Origin: Isurus oxyrinchus
Taxonomy: Eukaryota
NCBI GenBank assembly: GCA_026770705.1
Contig: JANJGN010000036.1
Location: forward strand, 3,658,001 to 3,722,000
Length of the DNA stretch: 64,000 nucleotides
Reading direction: 5' to 3'
How positions within the stretch are numbered: position 1 is the first letter of the stretch; every line of letters starts with the position of its first letter. A model generated the notes under the pieces. It did no database searches, was not told the origin of the DNA, and was given only the letters and a program-made list of their open reading frames with translations. This document shows, piece by piece, positions 10,801 through 24,571 of the stretch. A program made the position numbers and the translations under genes.

Positions 10801-13800
10801 CACACTCCTGGGTATCTGTTAATCTGTAGCTAAACTATCCTGAACACCTCGAATAGATTCCGGTCTGTAGCTCACTCGCGGGTATCTGTTGTCCTATATG
10901 TAAACCACGCCGAAGCTCTTGATTAGATTCCAGTCTGTAACTCAGACCTGGGAACCAATTATCCTATATATAAACCACCCTGAAAACCTTGATTAGATTC
11001 CGGTCTGTAATTCACTCCCGGGTATCTGTTATCCTATAAGTACAATACCCTGAGCCCCTCGAATAGATTCATGTCTGTAATTAACTCCAGGGTGCCTGTT
11101 ATCCTATATATAAACTACACCGCATCCCTCAATTAGATACCAGCCTGTAATTCACACCCGGGTATCAGTTATTTTATTTATAAGCCACCAAAAACCCCTT
11201 GATTACATTACAGTCTGTAACTCACTCCCGGGCATCTGTTATTCTTTATATATTATATGCATATGATGCATATATAAACCACACCGAACACCTCAATTAA
11301 ATTCCAGCCTGTAACTCACTTCCCGGGCATCTGCTAATCTGCAGCTAAACTATTCTGAACATCTCAAATAGATTCTGGTCTATAACTCACTCCTGCATAT
11401 ATGTTATTCCGTATATAAACCACAACGAACCCCTCGATTAGAATCCAGCCTGTAACTTACGCCCGGGTATCTGTTATTCAACTAAAAAAACCACTCCAAA
11501 TCCCTCAATTGGATTGTAGTCTGTAACACACTCCTGGGTACCTGATATCCCATATACAACCCCCCCCCCCCCTCCCATCCCCTTGATTAGAATCGAGTCT
11601 GTAAGTCACTGCCAGGTATCTGTCATGCTCAATATAAATCCCTGAACCCCTCGATGAGATTCCAGTCTGTAGCTCACTGCCGGGTATCTGTGATTCGAAA
11701 TATAAACCACACAACCCCTCAATTAGATTCCAGTCTGTAACTCACATTCAGATATCTGTTATTTTTTTATATAAACCACCTCGAAACCCTCAATTAGATT
11801 GCAGCCTGTAAGTCACTCCCGGGTATCTGCTTTCAAATATATATAAACCACCACTAACCCCTTGATTAGATTCCGGTCTGTAACTCCATCCCAGGTATAT
11901 GTTATATATATAAACCACCATAACACCCTCAATTAGATTGCAGCCTGTTACACACTCCCAGGTATCTGTTAACCTATATGTAAACCGCCCTGAACCCCAC
12001 AACTATATTCCAGCCTGTAACTCACTCCCAGGTATCTGTTATCATAAGTGTAAACCACTACAAAACCCATGATTAGATTCTGGTCTGTAACTCCCTCCTG
12101 GGTGCCTGTTATCCTAGACATAAACCACACCGAACCTCTCGATTAGATTCCAGTCTGTAGCTCACTCCCGGGAGCCTGTCATTCCATATTTAAGCCCCTT
12201 GAACCCCTCGATTAGATTCCAGTCTGTAACTCACTCCCTGGTATCTGTGATTCGACATATAAACCCATGAACCCCTCGAATACATTCCACTCTGTAACTC
12301 AGTGCCGGGTATCTGTGATTCTAAATATAAATCCCCGAAGCCCTCAATTAGAATCCAGTGCGCTATTCAAATCCAGATATCTGTTATTATTTATATAAAG
12401 CACCCCATACCCCTCAATTAGATTCCAATCTGTAACTCCCACCCAGGAAACTTTTATTCTATATATATTGTATCCATATGATTTATATATAAACCACCCT
12501 GAACAGTTCACTTAAATACCAGCCTGCAACTCACTCCTGGGTGTCTGTTACTCTATATATAAACCACACCAAACCCCTCGATTAGATTCCAGTCTGTAAC
12601 TCATATCCTGATATCTGTTATTTTTTATATAAAGCACCCTGAACCCCTCAATTATTTTCCAGCCTGTAACTCACTCCCAGGTAACAGTTATCCTACATAT
12701 AAGCCACCCAGAGCCCCTCGATTAGATTCCATTCTACAACTCATTCCTGAGCAAATGTTAAAGTTTATATATTATATACTGATGACGTATACATAAACCA
12801 CCCTGAACAGCTCAATTAAATTCCAGTCTGTAACTCACTTCTGGGTATCTGTTAATCTGTTTATAAACTATCCTGAACACCTGGATGAGATTCCAGTCTG
12901 GAACTCACTGCCGGGTGTCTGTTATACTATATTTAAACCACCCCGTAGCCCTTGATTAGATTCCAGTCTGTACCTCACTCCCGAGTATCTGTTATTTGAT
13001 ATAAAAACCACTCCAGTACTCTCGATTTAATTGCAGTCTGTAACTCACTCCTAGATATCTTATCCTATATCTCAACCACCCCAAACCACTTGATAAGATT
13101 GCAGTGTGTAACTAACTCTCGCGTATTTGTTATTCTATATATAAAACAACTCAAACCTTTTGATTACTTCCCGGTCCGTAACTCACTCCCGGGTATCTGT
13201 TACTCTATATATAAACCACCCCAAACCCCTCGATTAGATTCCAGTCTGTAACTCACTCCCGGGCATCTATTATTCTATATATAAACCACCCGAACCCCTC
13301 GATTAGATTCCAGTCTGTAACTCACTCCCGGGTATCTGTTCTTCTATGTATAAACCACCCGAACCCCTCGATTAGATTCCAGTCTGTAACTCACTCCCGG
13401 GTATCTGTTACTTTATATATAAACCACCCGAACCCCTCGATTAGATTCCAGTCTGTAACTCACTCCCGGGTATCTGTTATCCAATATATAAACCACAGCG
13501 CACCCCTCGGTTAGTTTCCAGTCTGTAACTCATTCCTGGGTGCCTGTTATCCTATATATAAACCACCACGAATACCTTAATTAGATTCCGGTCTGTAACT
13601 CACTCCCGCATATCTGTTGCCCATATACAAACCAACCCGAAACCCTTGATTAGATTGCGGTCTGTACTTCACTCCTGGGTATCTGTTATCCTATATGTAC
13701 ACCACCCCAAGCCCCTCGAATAGATTCAATTCTGTAATTGACTCCCGGATGCCTGTTATCCTATATGTAAACCACACTGCATTCCTCCATTAGATAACAG

Positions 13801-16800
13801 TCTGTAATTCACACCCTGGTATCGGTTATTTTATGAATAAACCACCACTCGATTAGATTCAAGTCTATACCTCACTTTCGGGAGTCCATCATTCTATATA
13901 TAACGCCCCCGAGCCATTTGATTATATTGCAGTCTGTAACTCACTCCAGGGCATCTGATATTCTTTATATATTATATAAACCACACGTAACACCTCAATT
14001 AAATTCCAGCCTCTAACTCACTCCCTGATATCTGTTAATCTGTACATAAACTACCCTGAGCACCTGGACTACATACCAGTCTACAACTCACTCCCACATC
14101 ACTTTTATTCAATTTAAAATCCACCTCAAACCTCTCGATTAGATTCCAGACTTTACCTCACTCCCAGGTATCTGTTATTTGATATAAAAAAACACTCCAA
14201 ACCCCTCGATAAGAGCCCAGTCTACAACTTACTCCTGGGTATCTTTTATCCTGTATATAAGCTACCCCAAACCACTTGATTAGATTGCAGTCCGTAACTC
14301 AATCCCGAACATCTGTTATTCTATATATAAACCACCCTGAACCCCTTGGTTAGATTCCGGTCTGTAACTCATTCTCGGGCATCTGTTATCGTATATATAA
14401 ACTATCCTGAAACTCTCGATTATATTCCAGTCTGTAACTCACTCCCGGTATCTGTTAATTGATATATAGATCACCCTGAACCCCTCGATTAGATTCCAGC
14501 CTGTAACTCAATCCCGGGTATCTGCTTTACTATATATAAACCACCACAAACCCCTTGATTAGATTCCATTTTGTAACTCAGTCCCGCGTATCTGTTAACC
14601 TCTATATAAACCACCCTGATCCCCTCAATTATATTCCAGGATGCAACTCACTCCTGTTTGCCTGTTATCCGACATATAAACCACACCGAATCCGTCGATT
14701 AGATTCCAGTCTATAACTCTTAGGTATTCTATGTTTAAATGACCATGAACCCCTCGATTGGATTCCAGCCTGTAAATCACTCCCATGTATCTCTTATCCA
14801 ATATATAAACCCCCTGAACCCCATGATTATATTACAGTCTGTAACTCACTACCGGGTATCTGTTATTCGATATAAAAACCACTCCAAATCCCTTGATAAG
14901 ATTGCAGTGTGTAACTCACTCCTGGGTATCTATTATTCTATATATAAACCTGCCCAAACCCCTCGATTAGATTCCTGTCTGTAACTCACTGCCGGGTATC
15001 CGTGATACAAAATTTAAACTCCAGAACCCCTCAATTAGATTCCATTTTATAACTCGCATCCAGATATTATATATATAAACCACCACGAAACCCTCAATTA
15101 GATTCTAGCCTGTAACTCACTCCTGGGTATCTGTTATCCTATATATAAATCACCCTGAACCGCTCAATTAGATTCCAGCCTGTAACTCACTCCCGGGTAT
15201 CTGCTTTACTATATATAAACCACCACAAACCGCTTGATTAGATTCCATTCTGTAACTCAGTCCCGGGTATCTGTTAACCTATATATATAAACCACCCTGA
15301 TCCCCTCGATTAGATTCCAGTCTGTAACTCTCAGGTATTCTATGTTTAAACGACTATGAAGCCCTCGATTGGATTCCAGCCTGTAACTCACTCCCGCGTA
15401 TCTCTTATCCTATATATAAACCACCCTGAACCCCTTGATTAGATTCCGGCCTGTAACTTCATCCCGGGTATCTGTTATCATATATAGAACCCACCCTGAC
15501 CGCCTCGATTAGAATCTACTCTGTAAGTCACTCCCTGATGTCTGTTATTCTATATATAAACCACCACAAGCCCCTCGATTAGATACCAGTCTGTAACTCA
15601 CTCCCGAGTGCCTTTTTATCCTGGATATAAAACACACCAAACCCCTCGATTTGATTCCAGTCTGTAACTCAAAACGGGGTATTGGTTAGTCTATGTATGA
15701 ACGACCACGAACCTCTCGATTAGATTCCAGTCTATATCTCACTCCTGGGAATCTGTCATTCTTTATATATTAAATACATATGATGTTTTTATAAACCACC
15801 CTGTATACCTCAGTTAAATTCCAGCCTGCAACTCAATCCTGGGTATCTGTTAATCTGTATATAAACAATCCTGAACACCTGGACTAGATACCAGTCTGTA
15901 ACTCACACCCGGGTATCTGTTATTCTATATATAAACCACCCCGAAGCCCTCGATTCGATTCCAGTCTGTAACTCACTCCTGGATATGTTAGCCTATTTAT
16001 AAACCTCCCCAAACTACTCGATTGGATTGCAGTCTGTAACTCACTCCCGCGTTTCTGTTATTCTATGCATAAACCCCGAACCTCTCGATTAGATTCCAGT
16101 CTGTAATACACTCTCGGCGATCTGTTATGCTACATATAAACCAACCTGAACCCCTTGATTAGATTCCAGTCTGTAACTCACTCTCGGGCATCTGTTATCC
16201 TATATATAAACCGCCCTGAACCCCTCGATTAGATTCCATTCTGTAACTCACTCCCGGTATCTGTTATTCGATATAAAAACAACTCCAAACCCCTCGATTA
16301 CATTCTTGTGTGTACCTCACTCCCGGGAATCTGTCATTCTTTAAATATTAAATACATATGATGTATAAAAAAAACCACCCTGTATACCTCAATTAAATTC
16401 CAGCCTGTAACTCACTCTCGGGTATCTGTTAATCTGTATATAAACTATCCTGAACACCTGGACTAGATACCAGTCTGTAACTCCTCCCAGGTACCTGTTA
16501 TTCTACAAAAAAACTACCACGATGCCTTCGATTAGATTCCGGTGTGTAACACGACCCCAGGTATGTCTTATTCTTTATATATTGTATACATATGATGTTT
16601 ATATAAACCACACCGAACACCTCCATTAAATTCCAGCCTTTAACTCACTCCCGGATCCCTATTAATCTGTATATAAACTATCCTGAGCATCTCAACTGAA
16701 TTCCAGCCTGTCACTGATTCTCGGGTATCTGTTATTCTATATATGAACCACTCCGATCCCTTCAATTAGATTCCAGTCTGTATTCATTCCCAGGCATCTG

Positions 16801-19800
16801 TTATTCTAAAGGAAAACACACCGGACCCCTCCATTAGATTCCAGTCTGTAACTCACTCCCGGGTATCTGTTATTCTATATATCATCACTCCTAGGTATCT
16901 GCTATCCTTCATATAAAGCGCCCCGAACCCCTCGATTAGATTCTAGTCATTAATTCAATCCCGGGTATCTTTTATTCGATATAAAAACCACTCCAATCCC
17001 CTCGATTAAATTCCAGTCTGTAACTCACTCCTGGGTATCTGTTACCCGAGATATAAACCACCCCAAACAACTCGATTAGATTGCAGTCTGTAACTCACTC
17101 CCTCGTATCTCTTATTCTATACATATACCACCCCGAACCTCTCAATTAGATTCCAATCTGCAACTCACTCTCAGGTATCTGTTATCCTATATATAAACCA
17201 CGACGATCCCCTTGATCACGCTCTGGTTTGTAACCCACTCCCGGCTTTCTGTTATTCTATATATAAACCACCCAGAACCCTTTGAATAGATTCCGTTCTG
17301 TAATTCTGGGTATCGGATATTCTATGTATAAATGACTATGAACCCCTCCATTAGATTCCAGCCTTTAACTAACTCCAGGGTATCTGTAACTCGACATATA
17401 AGCCACCGCGAAACCCTCCATTAGATTCGAGTCTATAACTCACTCTCAGCTAACTGTTATTGCGTAGATAAATCACACCAAACTCCTCGATTAGATTCCA
17501 GTCTGTAACTTTCACCTAGACAACTGTTATTCTATATATTTGATAAACATATAATTTATATATAAACCACCCCGAAACCCTCTATTAAATACCAGTCTGT
17601 AACTCACTCTCAGGTATCTGTTATTCTATATGTAAACCACCCCGAAGTCCTTGATTAGATTCCAGTCTGTAACTCAATCCCAGGTATCTGTTATACGATA
17701 TAAAACCACTCCAAAACCCTCGATTAGATTCTAGTCCGTAACTCACTCCTGGGTATCTGTTATCCTATATATAAACCTCCCCAAACCACTCGATTCGATT
17801 GCAGTCTGTAATTCACTCCCTGCTTCTGTTATTCTACATATATAAACTATCCCAAACCACTCAATTCGATTCCAGTCTGTAACTCTCACCCGGCTATCTG
17901 TTATTCTATATATAAACCCTGAACCCCTTGATTGGATGCTGGTCTGTAGCTCACTCTCAGGCATCTTTTATCCTACATATAAGCCACCCTGAACCTCTCG
18001 ATTAGATTCCAGTCTGTAACTGACTCTCAGTTATCTGCTATCCTATATATAAACCGCCCCAAACCCCTCGATTAAATTCCAATCTGTAACTCACTCCCGG
18101 GTATCTGTTATCCTTTGTATAAACCACCCAGAACCCCTTGAAAGATTCTGGTCTGTAACTCTGGGTATCGGATATTCTATGTATAAACAACCACAAACCC
18201 CTCCTTTAGATTCCAGCCTCTAACTAACTCCCAGGCATCTCTAATTCGATATATAAACCACCCCGAAACCTTCCATTAGATTCCAGTCTATAACTCACTC
18301 CCAGGTAACTGTTATTGCATATATAAAAGACACCAAACTCCTCGATTAGATTCCAGCCTGTAACTTTCACCTAGGCATCTGTTATTCCATATATTTGGTA
18401 TACATATGGTTTATATTTAAACCACCCTGAACCCCTCTAACTCACTGTCAGGGAACTGTTATTGCTTATATAAAGCACACCAAGCTCCTCGATTAGATTC
18501 CAGTCTGTAACTCACTCTAGGGTGCCTTTTATCCTATTCTTAAACCACACTGAACCCCTGAATTAGATTTCAGTCTGTAATTCACTCCCGTGTATAGGCT
18601 ATTCTATGTATAAACCACCACAAATGCCTCGATTACATTCCAGTCTGTAACTCACTCCCGGGCATCTGTTATTCTTTATATATTGTATACATATAATGTT
18701 TACATGAACCGCCCTGAACACCTCAATTAAATTCCAGCCTGTAACACACTCCCGGATCCCTGTTAATCTGTATATAAACTATCCTGAGCACATCGAGTAG
18801 ATACCAGCCTGTCACTCACTCTTGGGTATCTGTTATTCAAAATATAAACCACTCCGAACTCGTCGATTAGATTCCAACCTGTATTCCACTCCCAGGTATC
18901 TGTTATTCTATATATCAATCCCTGGACCCCTTGATTAAATTCCAGTCTGTAACTCACTCCCTGGTATCGGTTATTCTATGTATAAATGACCTCCAGTCTG
19001 TACCTCAATCCCGGGCATCTGTTATTCTTTATATATTATATACATGTGATGTATATATAAGCCATCCTGTATACCTCAATTAAATTCCAGCCTGTAAATC
19101 TCACTGGTATCTGTTAATCTGTACATAAACTATCCTGAATACCTGGACTAGATACCAGTCTGTAACTCACTCCCAGGTATCTGTTATTCTATATATAAAC
19201 CACCCCGAAGCCCTCGATTAGATTCCAGCCTGTAACTCAATCCCGGGTATCTATTATTCGATAGAAAAAAGCACTCCAAACCCCTCGATTAGTTTCCAGT
19301 CTGTAACTCACTCCTGGCTATCTGTTATCAATATATATATATACCGCCCCGAACCCCTTGATTAGATTCCAGTCTGTAACTCACTCCCGAGAATCTGTTA
19401 TTCGATATAAAAACCACTCCAAATCCCTCGATTAGATTCCAGTCTGTAACTTACTCTCGGGTATCTGTTACCCTATTACCCAAAATATAAACCAACCCAA
19501 ACCACTCGATTAGATTGCAGTCTGTAATTCACTCCTGGGTATCTGCTATCCAATATATAAACAACCCAGAACACGTTGAATAGATTCCGGTTTGTAACTC
19601 TGTGTATAGGATATTCTATGTATAAACAACCACGAACCCCTACATTAGATGCCAGCCTCTTACTAACCCCCGGGTATCTGTAATTTGATATATAAACCAC
19701 TCCGAAACCTCCATTAGATTCCAGCCTATAACTCACTCCCAGGTAACTGGGAGTTATTGCATATATAAAACACACCAAAAGTCTCGATTAGATTCCATTC

Positions 19801-20888
19801 TGTAACTTTCACCTAGGCATCTGTTATTCTACATTTGATATACATATAATTTATATATAAACCACCCCGAACCCCTCTATTAGATTCTGGTCTGTAACTC
19901 ACTCCCGGGTGTCTGTGATTCTGTATATAAAGCTCCCCAAACCCCTCAGTTAGATTCCAGCCTGTAACTCACTCCCGGGTATCTGTTACCCTATATATAA
20001 ACCACCCCGAACCAAACGATTAGATTGCAGTCTGTAATTCATTCCCTCGTATCTGTTATTCTATACATGAACCACCCCGAACCACTCGTTTAGATTCCAG
20101 TCTGTAACACACTCCCGGGTATCTGCTATCCTGTATATCAACCACCCAGAACACCTTGAATAGATTCCGGTTTGTAACTCTGTGTATAGGATATTCTATG
20201 TATGAACAACCGTGAACTCCTCCATTAGATTCCAGCCTCTAACTAACCCCCGGGTATCTGTAATTAGATAGACAAACCACCTCAAAACCCTCCATTAGAT
20301 TCCAGCCTATAACTCACTCCCAGGTAACAGCTATTGCATATATAAAACACACCAAACTCCTCGATTAGATTCCAGTCAGTAACTTTCACCTTAGCATCTG
20401 TTATTCTATACATTTAATATACATATTATTTATATATAAACCACTCAGAAGCCCTCTATTAGATTCCGGTCTGTAACCCACTCCCGGGTGTCTATGATTC
20501 TATATATAAACCCCCGAAGCCCTCGATAAGATTCCAATCTGTAACTCACATCCAGGTGTCCATTATTCTATGTATAAAGCTCCACAAACACCTCAGTTAG
20601 ATTCCAGCCTGTTACTCACTCCCGGGTATCTATTATCGTATATATAAACCACCTCAAACCCTTTGATTAAATTCCAGTCTGTACCTCCATCCCGGGTAAT
20701 TGTTATCCTATATATAAACCACCCTGAAACCCTCAATTAAATTCCAGTCTGTAACCCCCTCCTAGGTAACTGTTATTATATATAAAAACTACCCTGAAAC
20801 CCTCGATTAGGTTCCAACCTGTTCCTCACTCCCGAATATCTGTTATTCTATATATAAAACACCCCTAACACCTCGATTAGATTCCAGC
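7811..20888 (+). repeat. ~13-kb satellite array of ~69-70-bp monomers (roughly 180 copies) with higher-order structure
   Basis: Consensus aaaccaccccgaacccctcgattagattccagtctgtaactcactcccgggtatctgttattctatatat; cgattag recurs at 13231, 13300 and 13369; longer AT-rich variant monomers are interspersed. Confidence 0.98.
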
Positions 20889-23757
20889 TTTTCCACATCA
20901 CAAGTTGAGGAAGGGGTCTCCCTCCATTTTAAAGATGGGAAAGGATCTCCCTCTAACTTTAAAAATGGGATAGGATCTCCCTCCATTTTAAAGATGGGGA
21001 CAGATCTCGCTCCAATTTAAAGATGGAGAAGTGATATGTCGCACAATATTGTTTTTTATACTCAATAATGTTTACAACTTTTTAAACATTTTCAGTTTTC
21101 CCCTGCACTGTCTCTTTCTCTCACCCCGTCTCGTTCATTCTCTCTCTTTCTCCTGCCCCATCAGTCTGTCACTTTCACCACGTCTCTCTGTTTCTCTGTC
21201 TCACACCATCTCTTTGCCCGACACTCGACCCCCTCTCCTCATCACACTCTCTCTCTCTCACCCCATCCCTTTCTTTTTCTCGATCTGCTCTCTCTACCTC
21301 ATTCGCTTTCCCCATCTCTCTCTCCATCTCTCTCATCCAGTCTCTCCGCCATTATGTCCCTCTATCTCTCGTTCCATCTATCTCTCTATTTCTCTCACTT
21401 CTTACCTCCATTGCTCTGCTGCCCTTTCTGTCCCCGCCATCTCTCTCCCTCTCGCCTCGTCTCTCTGTCGCTCTCTTTCTATCTCTGTCCCTCTCTCATC
21501 CCATCTATCTCTCCTCCTCTCTCTCTCTCTCTCTCTCTCTCTACATCTCTCTCTCCCAGCGTCTTTTGAGCCAAAATTGGATATGAAGTTGAATGGAAAA
21601 TATTTTCAGATCCCGGGAAAAGGCAGATGAGTGAGACCAGTGATTCGTGGATATAAAATTGGCGGAGGGAGAGTAAACAGAGAGTAATGGTTCATGGGTA
21701 TTTTTCAGGCTGGAAGAATGTTTGTAGTGGACATCCCCAGGGGTCAGTATTGGGATCTTTGCTTTTCCTGATGTACATCAACGATTTAGATCTTGGTGTG
21801 CAGGGGACCATTTCAGAGTTTGTGGACAGCACAAAACTTGGGAGAATTGTAAACAATGAGGGGGATAGTGTAGAGCTTCAAAAGAACATTGACAAGTTGG
21901 TAAAGTGGACAGATAGGTGGCCAATGATATTCAATGTGGAGAAGTGTGAGGTGATGCATTATGGTAGGAGGAACATGACAGACAAAATCAAATTAGGGGT
22001 AAAGTTTTGAAGGGGGTGCAGGAGCAGAAAGACCTGGGTGTATATGTGCATTGTTCATTGAAGGTGGCAGGAGAGGGTGAAAGAGTGGTTCATAAAGCAT
22101 ATCGTATCCTGGAATTTATTAATAGGGGCAGAGAGAACAAGTGCAGGGAGGTTATGCTGAATTTATATAAGACATGAGTTAGACCTCAGCTGGAGTATTG
22201 TGTATGGTCCTAGGAGCCACACAATAGGAAGGATGTGATTCCTGGGGCAGTGTGATTACGTAGGATGCAATTGAATTTTACACCTCTTCTGTGTTTGATA
22301 TTGGAATCATCTTCATTTAGGGTGTGCTGTGTTTTCGAGACATTTTCAGATCTATTTAAATAATTTCCTTTTTGGATAGACTGCATCTGATTCAGCGTGA
22401 ATTGGAGCTTTGCGTCCATTTTTAAGATTGTTTCAGAAAGTTTCTAACTTTGGTCCCTTGTTCCAGTCTCTCCCACAAGGGGAAACATCCTCTCTGCATT
22501 CACCCTGTCAAGTCCCCTCAGGAACTTACATGCTTCACTAAGAGCACCTCTCCTAATTCTAAACTCCAATGGATACAGGCCCAGCCTGATCAACCTTTCC
22601 TCATTAGAAAATCAGAATTCTTTCCACATAAGATCAGAGATGATGAGAAATGCCTCGCACAGTTGGCCTCGTCCTTGTCTTCATTGGTTTCTGAGCAACA
22701 ATCTGTTTCTGTTCTGACTGCCCTCGACTATGCCTCTGTTTCTAATACATTGAACCCTGCCTCAGTTATTACTGCACTAGACAATCTCTAAGTCGATATA
22801 ACATGCAGTAATGTCTCTGTGAATGCTACACTTCACCCGCACCTGTTTGGACTGCACAGGACCATTTCTCTGTTTATCACACAATAGGCCTTGTCTTTAC
22901 TTGGTATCTAACCTCACGCTGCCCCCTCCAGATCAGCCAGGATCTCATTGAATGGCAGAACAGGGTTGAAGGGTTAATTGGCCTTTTTCTCTTTCCATGC
23001 GCTATGACCAATATCCTTTATTCACTCTCTGGCTCTCAGTCACCCACTCGGTCTGAGAGTCTCTATTTCACATTCACTTGATCTGTGTCTTCTCTCCCTG
23101 CCTCTCTTTCTCTAAGAATCCAGTCTACAACACCAGTTAGCCATGTTAGGTTTGTTCACAGTGGTCATTTTATGTTCCCACAGCAAAGGGACGTTATTGA
23201 CAGAGTGACTCATATAACATTAATACTTTAGGTGTGAAAGAGAGACAGCTATAGAGACATAAATTCACTGTGTATTCCCTGGAATATTGCAGGATCCGGG
23301 CATTCAGTCCCACATGCTGGTGTTGTGAATTTGAATCCTGAATTATCTAAAATTGAATTTAGAATTAAAACCCTCCGGGATGGAATGATTCACATCCTGT
23401 CTGCTGCTGAAAAGCCCATGTGTATGGCTCAGTTTCTCTGTTTTTATAATGGTTTAAGATAACTTGCCATAAATCAACTCAGTCATAAATGTCCCAGTGC
23501 TATGACCAATATAATTCTTTCACCGTCTGCCTCTTCATCCCATCTTGCTCTGTGTCTCTCTTTTTAACATTCCCTCGTTCTGTGCCTTCGCTTTTTTTTC
23601 TCTCTCTCTCAGATTCTGGAAGAAAAATCAACAATCATCAGGCAGCCAATTGAGGTTTTTTCACAGTGGCCACTTTATGTTCCCACAGCACTGGGACATT
23701 TATGATAGAGTTGACTCCTCACGAATGTGACGTTAGTACTTTCAGTGTGACAGAGAC
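20880..23757 (+). repeat. Segmental duplication copy 1 (paralog 45430-48845): 30-bp minisatellite, CT tract, CR1 RT fragment and unique-looking sequence
   Basis: Colinear from gattccagc..ttccacatcacaagttgaggaaggg onward; ORF pairs 21031..21630/45817..46302 and 22210..22419/46863..47060 are homologous; copy 2 has ~400 extra bp (47570-47970). Confidence 0.92.
21655..22240 (+). mobile_element. CR1 LINE RT fragment (degenerate)
   Basis: SG.PQGSVLG.LLFLMYINDLD...ISEFVDSTKLG (degenerate FADDTKLG)...FNVEKCEVMHYGRRN. Confidence 0.9.
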
Positions 23758-24289
23758 GCAGCTATGGAGACACTGAGACACTGATCAAACACTCATCCCC
23801 GAAACTCTGCATTGTCCAGGTCATTAACACTTGCTGATTTAAAAAGGTCTGCATCACATCCCCCCTTCAGCCCTTTCCCAAATTCTTCAACCTGTATCTC
23901 CCCCATCATTCTTGAACAACATTTGTTGAATTTGACGCTGTGTTGAACCCCATGGTGTAAGTGGGTTGGGAGTGTTTGATGGACAGTGTAGTCAAAGCTT
24001 CACTCTGAAACACTGGAATTGAGGTTAAGGGGTGAATTGATCAAATGCTTCAAGATAATAATGGAAATGAAGAGAGTGGATAACAGTGGTAAACTTGGAG
24101 AAGAGACCTCCCTTCATTTTAAAGATGGGGAAAGGAAATGTCAGAGAGTAATATTTTTTACACCGAGGAATGTAGGAAAATATTTAGAGCTTTACCCTTT
24201 TTTCCAGCTGATAAACTTTTAATTTGAACATTGTTTTTAATTTGAATTCTAATTCAGAGTAGAATGACTCTTTTTTAACTCAAGTATTG

Positions 24290-24530
24290 AGGGAGCTTTA
24301 CTCTGAATCTAACCCCGTGCTGTACCTGTCCAGGGAGCTTTTGATGGGGACTCTGTAGAGGGAGCTTTACTCTGTATCTAAACCCGTGCTGTACCTGTCC
24401 TGGGAGTGTTTGATGGGGACAGTGTAGAGGGAGCTTTACTCTGTATCTAATCCTGTGCTGTACCTGTCTTGGGAGTGTTTGATGGGGACTCTGTAGAGGG
24501 AGCTTTACTCTGTATCTAAACACATGCTGT
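24290..24530 (+). repeat. 69-bp minisatellite (gtgtttgatggggacagtgtagagggagctttactctgtatctaaccccgtgctgtacctgtcctggga), ~3.5 units
   Basis: Direct tandem periodicity; periodic peptide in ORF 24275..24523. Confidence 0.9.
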
Positions 24531-24571
24531 CCAATCTCAGATGCAGAAACAGATAAATCGGAGGTTTCATT

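Noticed and set aside
7811-20888. CRISPR-like array, Ig switch region or coding repeat
   Set aside because: The whole monomer is repeated with no unique spacers and the context is eukaryotic. It is not AGCT/G-rich like switch regions and is not in an IgH locus. The short ORFs are periodic by-products.
21031-21630. Long S/L-rich ORFs here and at 28622-29442, 45817-46302, 48988-49560; V/C-rich ORFs at 26206-26639, 29467-29780, 54649-54942
   Set aside because: They are translations of CT- and TG-rich low-complexity DNA.
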